Shown here: positions 18,905 through 31,357 of the stretch, in pieces
Layout of the letters: every line of letters begins with the position of its first letter
Position numbering within the stretch: position 1 is the first letter of the stretch
NCBI GenBank assembly: GCA_963764625.1
Contig: CAVXTH010000006.1
Location: 96,001 to 160,000 of the forward strand
Source of the DNA: Candidatus Krumholzibacteriota bacterium
Lineage (GTDB): Bacteria; Krumholzibacteriota; Krumholzibacteriia; JAJRXK01
DNA: 64,000 nucleotides
Direction: 5' to 3'
Translations under genes and position numbers: made by a program
Notes under the pieces: generated by a model
What the model was told of the DNA's origin: nothing
Databases searched by the model: none
What the model saw: the letters and a program-made list of their open reading frames with translations, nothing else

Positions 18905-19936
18905 CTGCGCAGTCCCATCGAGGAGCGAGATCGAAAGGTTCTGCAGGCACTCATCCGGATTTACGTCGAGCGGCGTGAACCGGTCTCCAGCCGCATGATC
19001 GAGGAGGAAGCGAATCTGGGAATTCGCAGCGCCTCGATTCGTAACGTCCTGGGCCGGCTCGAGCGCGACGGTCTGGTGGTGAAGCCTCACAGTTCGTCGG
19101 GACGGATTCCCACCGACGAAGGATACCGCGCGTTCGTGGATCAATTGCTCCCCGGCGACATGGCGCGCGAGCAGGAGAAGGCCATCGACCGCGCGCTGCG
19201 CGAAGCCGGGGAAGACCTCTCGCAAATTCTGCAGGCCACGGCACGGATGCTCGGTCGTTTCAGCTCGAACATCGCGATCATGGCCGGGCCCAAACAGAAG
19301 GACCGGAGTTCGCGCATCGACGGCGTCGAAATTCATGACCGCGGCGGCGGACACGTACTCCTCGCGGTGACTCTCGACAGCGGCACGGTGCGCACGGAAC
19401 TCGTTGATTTGAGAAGGGAGGTCAAACTGGGAATTCTCATCGCCGCCTCCTCCTTTCTCGCCGAGCGTCTCACGGGACACCGACTCGAGGACTGCCGCCA
19501 CGAGCTCGAACCCTACCTCACCGGCGAGTTCGATGAGGCTCGAAGCGTAGCCACCGACGTGGCCCAGAAGGGACGCGGGATCTTCGGACCCGAGCAGGTA
19601 CTGCGGATCACCTTCGAGGGAATCCCCGAGGCCCTCGAGCAACCCGAATTCGCCGACCCGGTTCGCCTCAAGAATCTCCTGGAACTGGTTGCGCGCCACG
19701 AGCTCTTCGAGCAGGCTCTGGATGATTTCGTGACCGGGGAAGTTGGAGAAGTGAGCCTGGCGATCGGTCGGGAGAACCCCTTGGAGGCGCTGCACCCCTT
19801 CACCCTGATGGCGACACGGTACGAACTGGGCGGGTCCACCGGGTATCTGGGGGTTCTTGGGCCTCGCCGGATGCGCTACGCGCGGACTCTTGCCCTCATC
19901 CACGGCATTGCGGCCCATCTGGATCGCTTGTCCTGA
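18905..19936 (+). CDS. hrcA: Heat-inducible transcription repressor HrcA
   Basis: EPVSSR, SASIRN, PHSSSGRIPTDEGYR, GVLGPRRMRY. The start is uncertain: CTG 18905 behind GGAGG, or TTG 18833. Confidence 0.92.
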   Translation: MRSPIEERDRKVLQALIRIYVERREPVSSRMIEEEANLGIRSASIRNVLGRLERDGLVVKPHSSSGRIPTDEGYRAFVDQLLPGDMAREQEKAIDRALREAGEDLSQILQATARMLGRFSSNIAIMAGPKQKDRSSRIDGVEIHDRGGGHVLLAVTLDSGTVRTELVDLRREVKLGILIAASSFLAERLTGHRLEDCRHELEPYLTGEFDEARSVATDVAQKGRGIFGPEQVLRITFEGIPEALEQPEFADPVRLKNLLELVARHELFEQALDDFVTGEVGEVSLAIGRENPLEALHPFTLMATRYELGGSTGYLGVLGPRRMRYARTLALIHGIAAHLDRLS

Positions 19937-20023
19937 GCCATTTGGGCATGGTTCCTTCTAAAGATATTCCCTGATTCCGTGGGTAGTGGCCCGCTGTGCC
20001 GTGCCCCAAGCTGGAGGAAATTG

Positions 20024-20830
20024 ATGGCGACCGAGTCAGATTCGAATCCCACCTCCCAGGCTCCCACTGGGGAAGAAGATGTCCCCGTGCGGGGATCCGC
20101 CCCCAGAGGCGCGGGAAACGCCCGTACCCCGGGCGAAGACCGCAGTGGCATGCCGGGCTGGTTCGTCGAGGCGGAGGATGACGAGCAGGAGGACGTCTCC
20201 CACGGCACCCCCCCGGTGCGCGAGGAACCCGCGGGAGCCGAATCGAACGCCGCGCGGGGCGAAGCAGCGGCCCCGGCGGATGAAATGGAGGCAGGGCCTC
20301 CCTCCGGTGACGCTCTCTCGTCCGATCTGGAGGTCGGGATGGCGGCCGAGCCGGCTGAACTGGAGGAGCCAGCCGAAAATGAAGTGGAGCTTTGGCGAAG
20401 AAAAGCCGAAGAAAACCGAAACAAGTGGATACGCGCTATGGCGGAAATGGAGAATTTTCGCAAACGCAGTCGTCGGGAGATCGAGAGTTCCATCAATTTT
20501 GCTAATGCAAATCTACTCAGGGAACTTCTCGAAGTTCTGGACAACTTCGAACGCGCCCAGGGCGCGGCCAGCATTGGCGAGGAGGGTTCCACCGAGGCCT
20601 ACATGGAGGGGATTCGTCTCATCTACCAGCGCTTCGTGGACGTCTTGCGACAGAGTGGTCTCGAGCGGATTCCGGCCAAGGGGGAAGGTTTCGACCCCAA
20701 TCTGCATGAGGCGGTGTCGCAAATCGAGACGGATGAGGTGGAAAGCGGACAGATCGCCCACGTTGTCCAGGAAGGCTACCGACTCAAGGACATGGTTCTG
20801 CGCCCCGCAAAAGTTGTGGTCGCAAAATAG
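20024..20830 (+). CDS. grpE: Nucleotide exchange factor GrpE with long acidic N-terminal extension
   Basis: [41 protein letters not shown]. Confidence 0.95.
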   Translation: MATESDSNPTSQAPTGEEDVPVRGSAPRGAGNARTPGEDRSGMPGWFVEAEDDEQEDVSHGTPPVREEPAGAESNAARGEAAAPADEMEAGPPSGDALSSDLEVGMAAEPAELEEPAENEVELWRRKAEENRNKWIRAMAEMENFRKRSRREIESSINFANANLLRELLEVLDNFERAQGAASIGEEGSTEAYMEGIRLIYQRFVDVLRQSGLERIPAKGEGFDPNLHEAVSQIETDEVESGQIAHVVQEGYRLKDMVLRPAKVVVAK

Positions 20831-20850
20831 GACCCCGGGAGGGCCCCACG

Positions 20851-22643
20851 ATGGCAAAAGTACTGGGAATCGATCTGGGAACCACCAACAGCTGTTGCGC
20901 CGTTCTCAACTCGGGCCAACCCGAGATCATCGTCAACGAGCATGGTCACCGGACCACGCCTTCGGTGGTGTGCTATAGCAAGACCGGAGAGTGGCTGGTC
21001 GGGCATCTGGCCAAGCGACAGGCGATCACCAATCCCGAAAATACCGTGGCATCGATCAAGCGGTTCATGGGAATGCGTCACGACGAGGTTCCCCTCGAGT
21101 GTGAGCGCGCCGGATACGAAGTCAGCAAGTCCGACACCGGCATGGTGGAGATCAAGATCGGGAACGAAAAGTTCTCTCCGGTGGAGATCTCGGCCATGAT
21201 TCTGCGCACCATCCGCGAGCGCGCCGAAGAGGCTCTGGGGGAGGAGATCCACCAGGCGGTCATTACGGTCCCTGCCTACTTCAACGACGCGCAGCGCCAG
21301 GCCACGAAAGACGCGGGAACGGTGGCCGGTCTCGACGTACTGAGAATCATCAACGAACCGACGGCCGCGGCTTTGGCTTACGGTCTCGACGAAAAAGAAG
21401 CCCAGTGCATCGCGGTTTACGACCTAGGTGGAGGCACTTTCGATATCTCGATTCTGCGCGTTGGGGACGGCGTCTTCGAAGTGAAATCGACCAACGGAGA
21501 CACCCACCTGGGCGGTGACGACTTCGACCAGGCGCTCATCGATTTTCTCGCCGGGGAATTCGAGAAGGAAACCGGCATCAAGCTGCTCGAGGACCGCATG
21601 GCCCGCGGCCGTCTCAAAGAGGCGGCTGAAAAGGCCAAGTGCGACCTCTCCACCAGTCTGGAGACCCACATCAACCTGCCGTTCATCTCGAACGACGCCA
21701 CCGGGCCAGTTCATCTGGACATGCCCCTGACGCGAGCCCGCTTCGAGGCACTCACCGCCAATCTGGTGGATCGCTCCATGGAGCCCTGCGCGCAGGCGCT
21801 GGAAGACTCCGGTCTAGCCCCTTCGGACATCGACGAAGTCATTCTGGTGGGCGGATCGACGCGCATACCTTCGGTGCAGCAGGCGGTGGCCGAACTCTTC
21901 GGCAAGACCCCCAGTAAGACCGTGAACCCCGACGAAGTGGTCGCGATGGGAGCGGCGATTCAAGCCGGCGTGTTGAGCGGGGCGTTGGAGGACGTGCTCC
22001 TCTTGGACGTCACGCCTCTGAGTTTGGGAATCGAGACTCTGGGGAGCGTCATGACGCGCCTCATCGAACGCAACACCACGATTCCCACCCGTAGGACCCA
22101 GATCTTCTCCACCGCCGGCGACAATCAGTCCGCGGTGAGTATTCACGTGCTGCAGGGCGAGCGCGAAATGGCCGTGGACAATCGCAGCCTCGCCAGACTC
22201 GATCTCGTCGGGATTCCACCCGCGCCTCGAGGGGTTCCCCAAATCGAGGTCACCTTCGACATCGACGTCAACGGGATCCTCCACGTGCACGCCAAGGACC
22301 TAGGTACCGGCAAGGAGCAGAAGATCTCGGTGAAGAGCACTTCGAATCTCACCGAGGAATCGGTGGACCGCATGGTCCGCGAGGCCGAGATCCGCATGGA
22401 AGAGGACAAGCTGAAGCGCAAACTCGCCGAAACGCGCAATCGCGCCGAGATGCTGTTGCTCAATGTCGAGACCGTCTTTGCGGAGCATGGCTCGCGCGTG
22501 GGCGAGGATGAACGCAAGAAGATCGCCGAGGACATAGAGAAACTACGCGCGGCGCTCGAGGCCAAGGACGTTGCAGGCATCCAGAGCGCGATGGAGTACT
22601 TGAACGAATCCTCGCACCGCATGGCCGACGCCCTCTACCAGTA

Positions 22644-22644
<1 letters not shown>
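20851..22644 (+). CDS. dnaK: Chaperone DnaK (Hsp70), lacking the usual C-terminal disordered tail
   Basis: [53 protein letters not shown]. Confidence 0.98.
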
Positions 22645-25129
<2,485 letters not shown>

Positions 25130-25133
25130 AGCC

Positions 25134-25865
25134 ATGGAAGTCCAGTGGCTTCCCGCCGGCTCCCTCAAGGGCAAGAGCATCCTCTTGGAAGGCGACGAGG
25201 CGCGTCATATCCTGAAGGTGCGGCGCCGGTCGGTGGGAGATGAACTGACTTTCACCGCCGGCGACGGCAGCTTCATCCACGCCCGCATCGATCGCTGCGA
25301 CAGCCACAGTCTTCATGCCGAAATCCAGCGACGCGAGCAGGACCCACGAGAGCTCAACGCGCGCAGACTCACCCTGGCTCTCGCTCTCCTGAAGAACGAC
25401 CATTTCGAGCTCGCACTGGAGAAATGCGTCGAGCTTGGAGTGCACGAGATCGTGCCGCTGCTCGCCGAGCACTGCGTGGTGCGTTGGAAGGAAGGTTCAG
25501 AGTCCCGCAAACTGGAGCGTTGGAGTCGCATCGCGGTGAGCGCCATGAAACAGTCGGGCCGGTCGTGGCTTCCCCCAGTGCGTGCTCCAAGGAAGCTGCA
25601 GGAACTTCCTGCCGTGGTGGACGAAACAGCGTCCTGGATCGTCGGCGACGAGACCGAACGAGAGGTGCTCGTGTCGCAGGTGGATCTCAGGAGCGCCGGA
25701 TCATGCCTCGCCCTAATCGGCCCCGAAGGGGGCTTCAGCGAGTCCGAACGCGAGTGGTTGTCCGAGCGCGGAGCCACCGCGGTCAGTCTTTCGCCCTTCC
25801 GACTCCGAGCTGAGACAGCGGCAATCGCTCTCGTCTCGTCTCTCGCGGGGCCGCGCTTGACCTGA
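25134..25865 (+). CDS. rsmE: 16S rRNA m3U1498 methyltransferase
   Basis: H..KV.R, EKCVELGV, KQSGR, IGPEGGFS, LRAETAA. Confidence 0.95.
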   Translation: MEVQWLPAGSLKGKSILLEGDEARHILKVRRRSVGDELTFTAGDGSFIHARIDRCDSHSLHAEIQRREQDPRELNARRLTLALALLKNDHFELALEKCVELGVHEIVPLLAEHCVVRWKEGSESRKLERWSRIAVSAMKQSGRSWLPPVRAPRKLQELPAVVDETASWIVGDETEREVLVSQVDLRSAGSCLALIGPEGGFSESEREWLSERGATAVSLSPFRLRAETAAIALVSSLAGPRLT

Positions 25866-25886
25866 AGGCCAGCTGATCCCTAGACT
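25857..25886 (+). promoter_or_regulatory. Possible sigma70 promoter for yqeY-cvpA-mutS2
   Basis: TTGACC-N18-TAGACT. Confidence 0.45.
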
Positions 25887-25923
25887 CTCGTTCTCCCTTC
25901 GTTCGATCTCGCCAACCGGAGTG

Positions 25924-26382
25924 ATGCCAGTGACGGTCAGTTTAGCGCAGCGCCTTCACGACGACATGGTGAAGGCCATGAAGCAAAGGGAAAAAGAGCG
26001 GCTGAGCGTGGTGAGGATGTTACTCGCGCTGGTCAAGGACGCCGCGATCGAAAAGCGCGCAGAACCTAGCGACGAGGAAGTTCTGCGCATGATCCATAGC
26101 TACGCGAAGAAGCGCGAGGACGCCAAGAGGGAAGCGGCGCGGGCAGGGCGCGACGATCTTATCGCGAAGGAAGATTTCGAGTTGAGCGTTCTGGCCGACT
26201 ATCTCCCGCAGGCCATGGACGACGACGAATTGAAAGAGCTGGTCGAAAAGACGATCCACGAACTCGGCGCGAGCTCGATGAAGGACATGGGTCGCGTCAT
26301 GAAAGAGTGTCAGGAGCGCGCGCAGGGGCGGGCCGACGGAAGTCGCATCAGCGCGATGGTCAAACCGCGTCTTTCGGGGTGA
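25924..26382 (+). CDS. GatB/YqeY domain protein
   Basis: DMVKAMK, YLPQ, KDMGRVM and GRADG motifs. Confidence 0.92.
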   Translation: MPVTVSLAQRLHDDMVKAMKQREKERLSVVRMLLALVKDAAIEKRAEPSDEEVLRMIHSYAKKREDAKREAARAGRDDLIAKEDFELSVLADYLPQAMDDDELKELVEKTIHELGASSMKDMGRVMKECQERAQGRADGSRISAMVKPRLSG

Positions 26383-26392
26383 GGAACGCAGA

Positions 26393-26989
26393 ATGCCCAC
26401 CATCATCGTTCTCAGTATTCTCATCATCCTCGCCATGATGGTGGACGGCTTCCGCCATGGTGTCCTTCAGCGCACTCTGGAAACCGTCGGATTCATCGCC
26501 GTCTTTATCTTCGCTTCCCGCCTGGCCGACTGGATCGAACCAACCCTCACCAAGGGATTGGCCGCCACGCCAAGGATCGCGTTCTTCGGCTCTTGGGCCA
26601 TCGTCCTGGTGGGGGGAGTCATTTTCGTGCGCATTGCCTCGGCCGCGTTCGCGAGCCTCATGAAATTCTCCATCGTGGGAATGCTCGACCACATCGGGGG
26701 CATGATCATGGGGCTGCTCTTTGGCTGCCTGCTCGTGAGCGTTCTGTTGATCGGAATGATCGCCGCCACCGACTCTCCTCGCCTGCGTACCGAAATCCAG
26801 GATCATCCCTTCACCGGACCCCTGCTGCACGTGGCTCCGGACGTCTACGACGTGGCTGCCAAGGCCTGGCATGGTGAGGGCTTCTTCAAGATGATCCAGG
26901 AACGGCTGGAGCCACTCGGCAAGGAGACCATCGACACGCTCAAAGCCCACGTCTCCCACTACGCGAAAGACGGCCAGAAGGAGAACTAG
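26393..26989 (+). CDS. cvpA: CvpA (colicin V production) family membrane protein
   Basis: Four hydrophobic segments, G.RHG.L, LDHIGG..MG; conserved yqeY-cvpA-mutS2 context. Confidence 0.82.
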   Translation: MPTIIVLSILIILAMMVDGFRHGVLQRTLETVGFIAVFIFASRLADWIEPTLTKGLAATPRIAFFGSWAIVLVGGVIFVRIASAAFASLMKFSIVGMLDHIGGMIMGLLFGCLLVSVLLIGMIAATDSPRLRTEIQDHPFTGPLLHVAPDVYDVAAKAWHGEGFFKMIQERLEPLGKETIDTLKAHVSHYAKDGQKEN

Positions 26990-26991
26990 CC

Positions 26992-29427
26992 GTGGCGCGT
27001 TCGCGCAGCACCGAAGAGGAACGCAGCCTGAGGCTCCTCGAATTCCCTGCTCTGTTGGAACTAGTGGCGGAGCACTGCGCCAACCCGCGTGCCGCGGCGA
27101 GGCTCAGAAATCTTTTGCCCAACCCCCGGATGGACGAATTAAAGGTGCTGTGGGCCTGGGTGGAGGAACTCCTCGAGTTGCTACGTGGCGGAGAAGATCC
27201 TCCTCTGGGAGAGATCCTCGACCTCCAGAAGAGCTTGGGGGAGGACGAGAGGATTCCCGGACCCCTGGAAGCGGCGGAACTGGCCGCGGTAGGCGCCGCC
27301 TGCCGCGAGCTCTCCTCTCTCCTGCGCTTTGTTCGTGGCCATGCCGACGAACTCCCGCTCAGCGTGGAGCGGTTTGCAAGGAGCGAAGATCCAGGGACTC
27401 TGGGCGACCATCTCCTCAGTGCGCTCGAACCGGACGGGCGCCTCAAGGATGGGGCGAGCGGAAGCCTGCGTTCGCTTCGTGCCGCGGTACAGGCCGCGCT
27501 GGCCCAGGTCCGTAGAACGGCGCAGGCGGAGATGCAGCAGGCCAGCGCCAAGGGCTGGACGACGGCCGACGAACTCGTTCTGCGGGGCGACCGCTTCTGC
27601 ATTCCCCTGCGCGCCTCCGATCGCACGCGGGTGGAGGGAGTGATCCACGACCGCAGTTTCACCGGTCAGACTCTTTTCGTGGAAGCTCTGCCGGTGGTGG
27701 AGTCTTCCAATCAACTGCAAGAGGCGCGGCTCAATGTCCAAGAGGAGGAGGCGCGGATCCTGAGGCGCCTCAACGTGGAGGTGAGCGCCGCGGCCAAGGG
27801 ACTGCTCGAGCTCCATCGGGGCGCGATCGAAGTGGACTCTCTGCGGGCTCGTGCGCGCTGGGGACTGAAGCATGACGCGTTCGTGCCCCGGTTCTTCAGC
27901 CTGGGCTCGGCTCCGCTGAGACTGCGCGGCTTTCGACACCCGCTCCTGCAGGCGAGTCTTCGCCGGAGCGGTCGAGAGCGAGAGCTCATTCCGCTCGATC
28001 TGACCCTGGACGAATCCGACCGTGTGCTCTTGCTGAGTGGACCCAATGCCGGTGGCAAGACCGTGGTGCTCAAGTCGGTGGGGTTGGCGGCCTGCATGGT
28101 GCAGACCGGCATTCCCTTGCCCACCGAATCCGCGCCCGAGATCCCCGTCTTCGACAAGATCTACCTGGAACTCGGTGACGATCAGTCTCTGGCGAATGCA
28201 CTCAGTCACTTCAGCGCCCATCTCTCGCACCTGAAGGCCATGCACGAGGAGGCGACCGCGGAGAGCCTCGTCCTGCTGGATGAAGTGGGAGGGGGGACCG
28301 ATCCCGCGGAAGGGGTCGCGCTCGCGCGGGCCTACCTGGAAATCCTGGCGGAAACGGCGGGCCGGGTGTTGGCCACCACGCACTATGGTCAGTTGAAAGC
28401 CCTGGTGCACGAGCGCGAGGAGTTTCGCAACGCCTCGATGGCCTACGACGCGCAGCGTCTGCTCCCCTTGTTCCGGCTGGTGATGGATGCGCCGGGAGCG
28501 TCGCGAGGACTCCAGATGGCGGCCAGGATGGGACTCGACCCGCGGATTCTCTCCCGCGCGGAGGAGTTGGCGGAAGACGACAGCCTCAGGTTGAACGCGG
28601 TGCTGGTGGCGATGGAGGATGAACGAGAGGTTCTCACCCGCGCGCGCAAAGAGGCCGAGAGGGAGCTGGCGGTGCTCGCCAGGGAACGCGGGGAGTTCGA
28701 ATCCAGGGCGCGGGAGATCAAGCAACAGCGGCGTGAGATCCTGGATCGGGCTGAGCGCGAGGCGGAGGGCATCGTGCGCCGGGCCCGCGCGCGCATCGAG
28801 TCTCTTCTGGCCGAGATTCGCGCGGAAGGAGCCGATGCCTCTCAGATCGCGGCTGCCGCGCAGCGGGCTCGCGAGGAAGTGGACCGCCGGGCCGAGAGCT
28901 TGCGGCGCAGTCTGGCCGCGCGCCGAACGCCGCTCCGCGGGCACCGGCCCGCCCGGGTCGAAGTGGGGGCAGTTGTGCATCACGCGAGTTCGGGACTGAC
29001 CGGTACGATCGTGGAGATTCGCGGCAACCGCGTGGTGCTCTTGGGCAAGGGACGCAGGGTGCAGGTGCCGGCCGAGGAGCTGGTGGAACCCGAAGGCCAG
29101 GCCCTGGATCCACTCGCCGGGACAAAAGGCGAGCCGGGGACGCGCGGGGGAGGGATCCGGCTGCCTGAGGTGGATGCGAGTGCGGTGGCCAGTCGCGTCG
29201 ACGTGCGCGGTTACGAGGTGGAGGAGGCGTGGATGGCGGTGGACAAGGCCATCGACCGCTGTGTCCTGGCGGATACGCGAGTTCTGGAAGTGGTGCACGG
29301 AAAGGGAACCGGGACGCTGCGGCGCGAGCTGCACGCGCGCCTGGACCGAGATCCCCGCGTTCTGGCTTTGAGTCTGGCCGACGGTCGGCGAGGAGACGAC
29401 GGCCTCACGCTGGTGAATCTGAGCTGA
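26992..29427 (+). CDS. mutS2: Endonuclease MutS2
   Basis: SGPNAGGKT Walker A, LLDEVGGGTDPAEG, ATTHY, C-terminal Smr domain VHGKGTGTLR. Confidence 0.95.
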   Translation: MARSRSTEEERSLRLLEFPALLELVAEHCANPRAAARLRNLLPNPRMDELKVLWAWVEELLELLRGGEDPPLGEILDLQKSLGEDERIPGPLEAAELAAVGAACRELSSLLRFVRGHADELPLSVERFARSEDPGTLGDHLLSALEPDGRLKDGASGSLRSLRAAVQAALAQVRRTAQAEMQQASAKGWTTADELVLRGDRFCIPLRASDRTRVEGVIHDRSFTGQTLFVEALPVVESSNQLQEARLNVQEEEARILRRLNVEVSAAAKGLLELHRGAIEVDSLRARARWGLKHDAFVPRFFSLGSAPLRLRGFRHPLLQASLRRSGRERELIPLDLTLDESDRVLLLSGPNAGGKTVVLKSVGLAACMVQTGIPLPTESAPEIPVFDKIYLELGDDQSLANALSHFSAHLSHLKAMHEEATAESLVLLDEVGGGTDPAEGVALARAYLEILAETAGRVLATTHYGQLKALVHEREEFRNASMAYDAQRLLPLFRLVMDAPGASRGLQMAARMGLDPRILSRAEELAEDDSLRLNAVLVAMEDEREVLTRARKEAERELAVLARERGEFESRAREIKQQRREILDRAEREAEGIVRRARARIESLLAEIRAEGADASQIAAAAQRAREEVDRRAESLRRSLAARRTPLRGHRPARVEVGAVVHHASSGLTGTIVEIRGNRVVLLGKGRRVQVPAEELVEPEGQALDPLAGTKGEPGTRGGGIRLPEVDASAVASRVDVRGYEVEEAWMAVDKAIDRCVLADTRVLEVVHGKGTGTLRRELHARLDRDPRVLALSLADGRRGDDGLTLVNLS

Positions 29428-29549
29428 GCGGCTCAGTCCGCCCGGTCGCTCTCTCCCGCCTGTGCTTCCGGATTGGCCGAAGCGCGGCCCGCAGCCTACC
29501 TTTTCCCGTGGTCGCCCCTTCCACGCTCGTACTGCAATTTCTGAAGTTC

Positions 29550-31307
29550 ATGGCGCTACATATTCCACAGGACGTGATCGAGAAGATCCGGAGCGAGACC
29601 CCGATCGAAGAAGTGGTGCGTCACTTCGTTCCCCTTCAGCCCTCGGGTCGCACTTTCAAGGCGCGTTGTCCCTTCCACAACGAAAAGACGCCCTCCTTCC
29701 ACGCGATTCCCGAGAAGCAGATTTTCTACTGCTACGGCTGTCAGAAGGGAGGCGACGTCTTCCGTTTCCTCATGGAGAAGGAGGGGATGAGTTTCCCCGA
29801 ATCGGTGGAATGGTGCGCGAGTCGTTTGGGGCTGGACCTCAGCCGTTACGCGGCGGAAGAACCCTCGGCCAGCAACCGGGCTCACCTGTACGAAGCCACC
29901 GCCTGGGCCCAAGATTGGTTCGTCGAGCAGCTGCAGACCGAGGGCGGAAGCGCGGCGCGCCGCTACGCGCGGGAAAGGGGGCTCAAGCCGGAGACCCTGG
30001 AGATCTTCGGTGTCGGCTACGCGCCCGAGGACGGAAACGAACTGGTGGAGGCGGCGGCGAAGGCGAAAATCTCGACCGAGACCCTGTTGCAGGTGAGTCT
30101 GCTGGGACGGAAAGCGCAGCAGCCTCCCTTTGCCTATTTCCGATCGCGACTTATATTTCCGATTCGAGGGGTCGCATCGAAGATCCACGGTTTCGGCGGC
30201 AGAATCCTGGGGCCAAGAGAGCCCAAGTACTTGAACTCGCCCGAAACCTCCATCTTCCAGAAGCGTTCTATTCTCTACGGACTCTCCCACGCGCGTTCGC
30301 AGATCATCCGCGCCAAGAGGGCGATCCTGGTGGAGGGGTATATCGATGCCCTCATGCTCCATCAGGCGGGATGGGGCCAGACCGTTGCCACCTGCGGCAC
30401 CTCGTTCACGAAGGAGCAAGCGCGAACTCTGCGGCGCTACGCGGAGTCGGTCGATTTGCTCTTCGACGGCGACACGGCGGGCAGAAAGGCTGCCTTCAAG
30501 GCCGCCGACATGGCTCTCGCCGCCGGTCTGGATGTTCGCATCGTTCGGATCCCCATGGGAAAGGATCCGGCGGACTTGCTTTTGGATGGTGAGGTTGCCC
30601 TCTTGCGACAGGCAATCGACAGTGCACTCAGCCTGGTGGCCTCACTGGCCGCGGAGGTTGCCGAGCGGGGCAATCGCCGCGAGATGAAAGAGCATGCCCT
30701 GCATCACGTTCGTGAGACCCTGAGCAAGGTTGAAGATCCCATCCGGGCCGAGCTGATGGCCCAGGAGGCGGCGGTAGCCTTCGGGGTGCGCCCCGGGCTT
30801 CTGTTGGCCGCCGACGGGCGCCGCACGGCTGCGCCCGCGGAGAAAACCCATCAAGAGTCCGAGAAAGCTCCGACCGACGAAGGACCCTGGTTCGAGAACG
30901 AACTGGCCATCCTGCGATTCGCCATGGCGAGCCGGGCCTCCAGGCATCGGCTCTTCGAGATCCTGGCGGCCGAGGACTTTCGCAGCGACACTCTTCGCGA
31001 GATCTTTATCGCCCTGCACGAGATCGACGGTGAACTGGAGGAAAGCTGTGACCTGCGCATCCTCGAGAGGGTCTCCTCGGGTACGCAGTCTCTCCTCACG
31101 CGGATCCTGGTGGATCTGCCCGATGAGGGCTTCGATTCGCTGGCGGAGCTGAATGCGGCGCTTCACCAGCGCAGCGATTTGGGCTTGCGCGAGCAGACCG
31201 TTGCACGAAGGGAACAAATGAAACGGAAGTACCTGGCCGGGGAAGAGTGGCGGGGTGAACTTCCCAAGACCGAAGAAACCGACATCGTCGAGAGCGATGG
31301 AGTCTGA
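29550..31307 (+). CDS. dnaG: DNA primase
   Basis: CPFHNEKTPSF zinc finger, KYLNSPET, VEGYID, FDGD.AG TOPRIM motifs. Confidence 0.96.
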   Translation: MALHIPQDVIEKIRSETPIEEVVRHFVPLQPSGRTFKARCPFHNEKTPSFHAIPEKQIFYCYGCQKGGDVFRFLMEKEGMSFPESVEWCASRLGLDLSRYAAEEPSASNRAHLYEATAWAQDWFVEQLQTEGGSAARRYARERGLKPETLEIFGVGYAPEDGNELVEAAAKAKISTETLLQVSLLGRKAQQPPFAYFRSRLIFPIRGVASKIHGFGGRILGPREPKYLNSPETSIFQKRSILYGLSHARSQIIRAKRAILVEGYIDALMLHQAGWGQTVATCGTSFTKEQARTLRRYAESVDLLFDGDTAGRKAAFKAADMALAAGLDVRIVRIPMGKDPADLLLDGEVALLRQAIDSALSLVASLAAEVAERGNRREMKEHALHHVRETLSKVEDPIRAELMAQEAAVAFGVRPGLLLAADGRRTAAPAEKTHQESEKAPTDEGPWFENELAILRFAMASRASRHRLFEILAAEDFRSDTLREIFIALHEIDGELEESCDLRILERVSSGTQSLLTRILVDLPDEGFDSLAELNAALHQRSDLGLREQTVARREQMKRKYLAGEEWRGELPKTEETDIVESDGV

Positions 31308-31357
31308 TTCCATCGTCTGGGCTTTGAGAGCGCTCAACAAGGGGACGATTTCGCACG

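Noticed and set aside
19943-19958. GGGCATGGTTCCTTCT as a sigma54 promoter for grpE-dnaK
   Set aside because: The -12 GC is missing (TC instead), so it is too weak to call.
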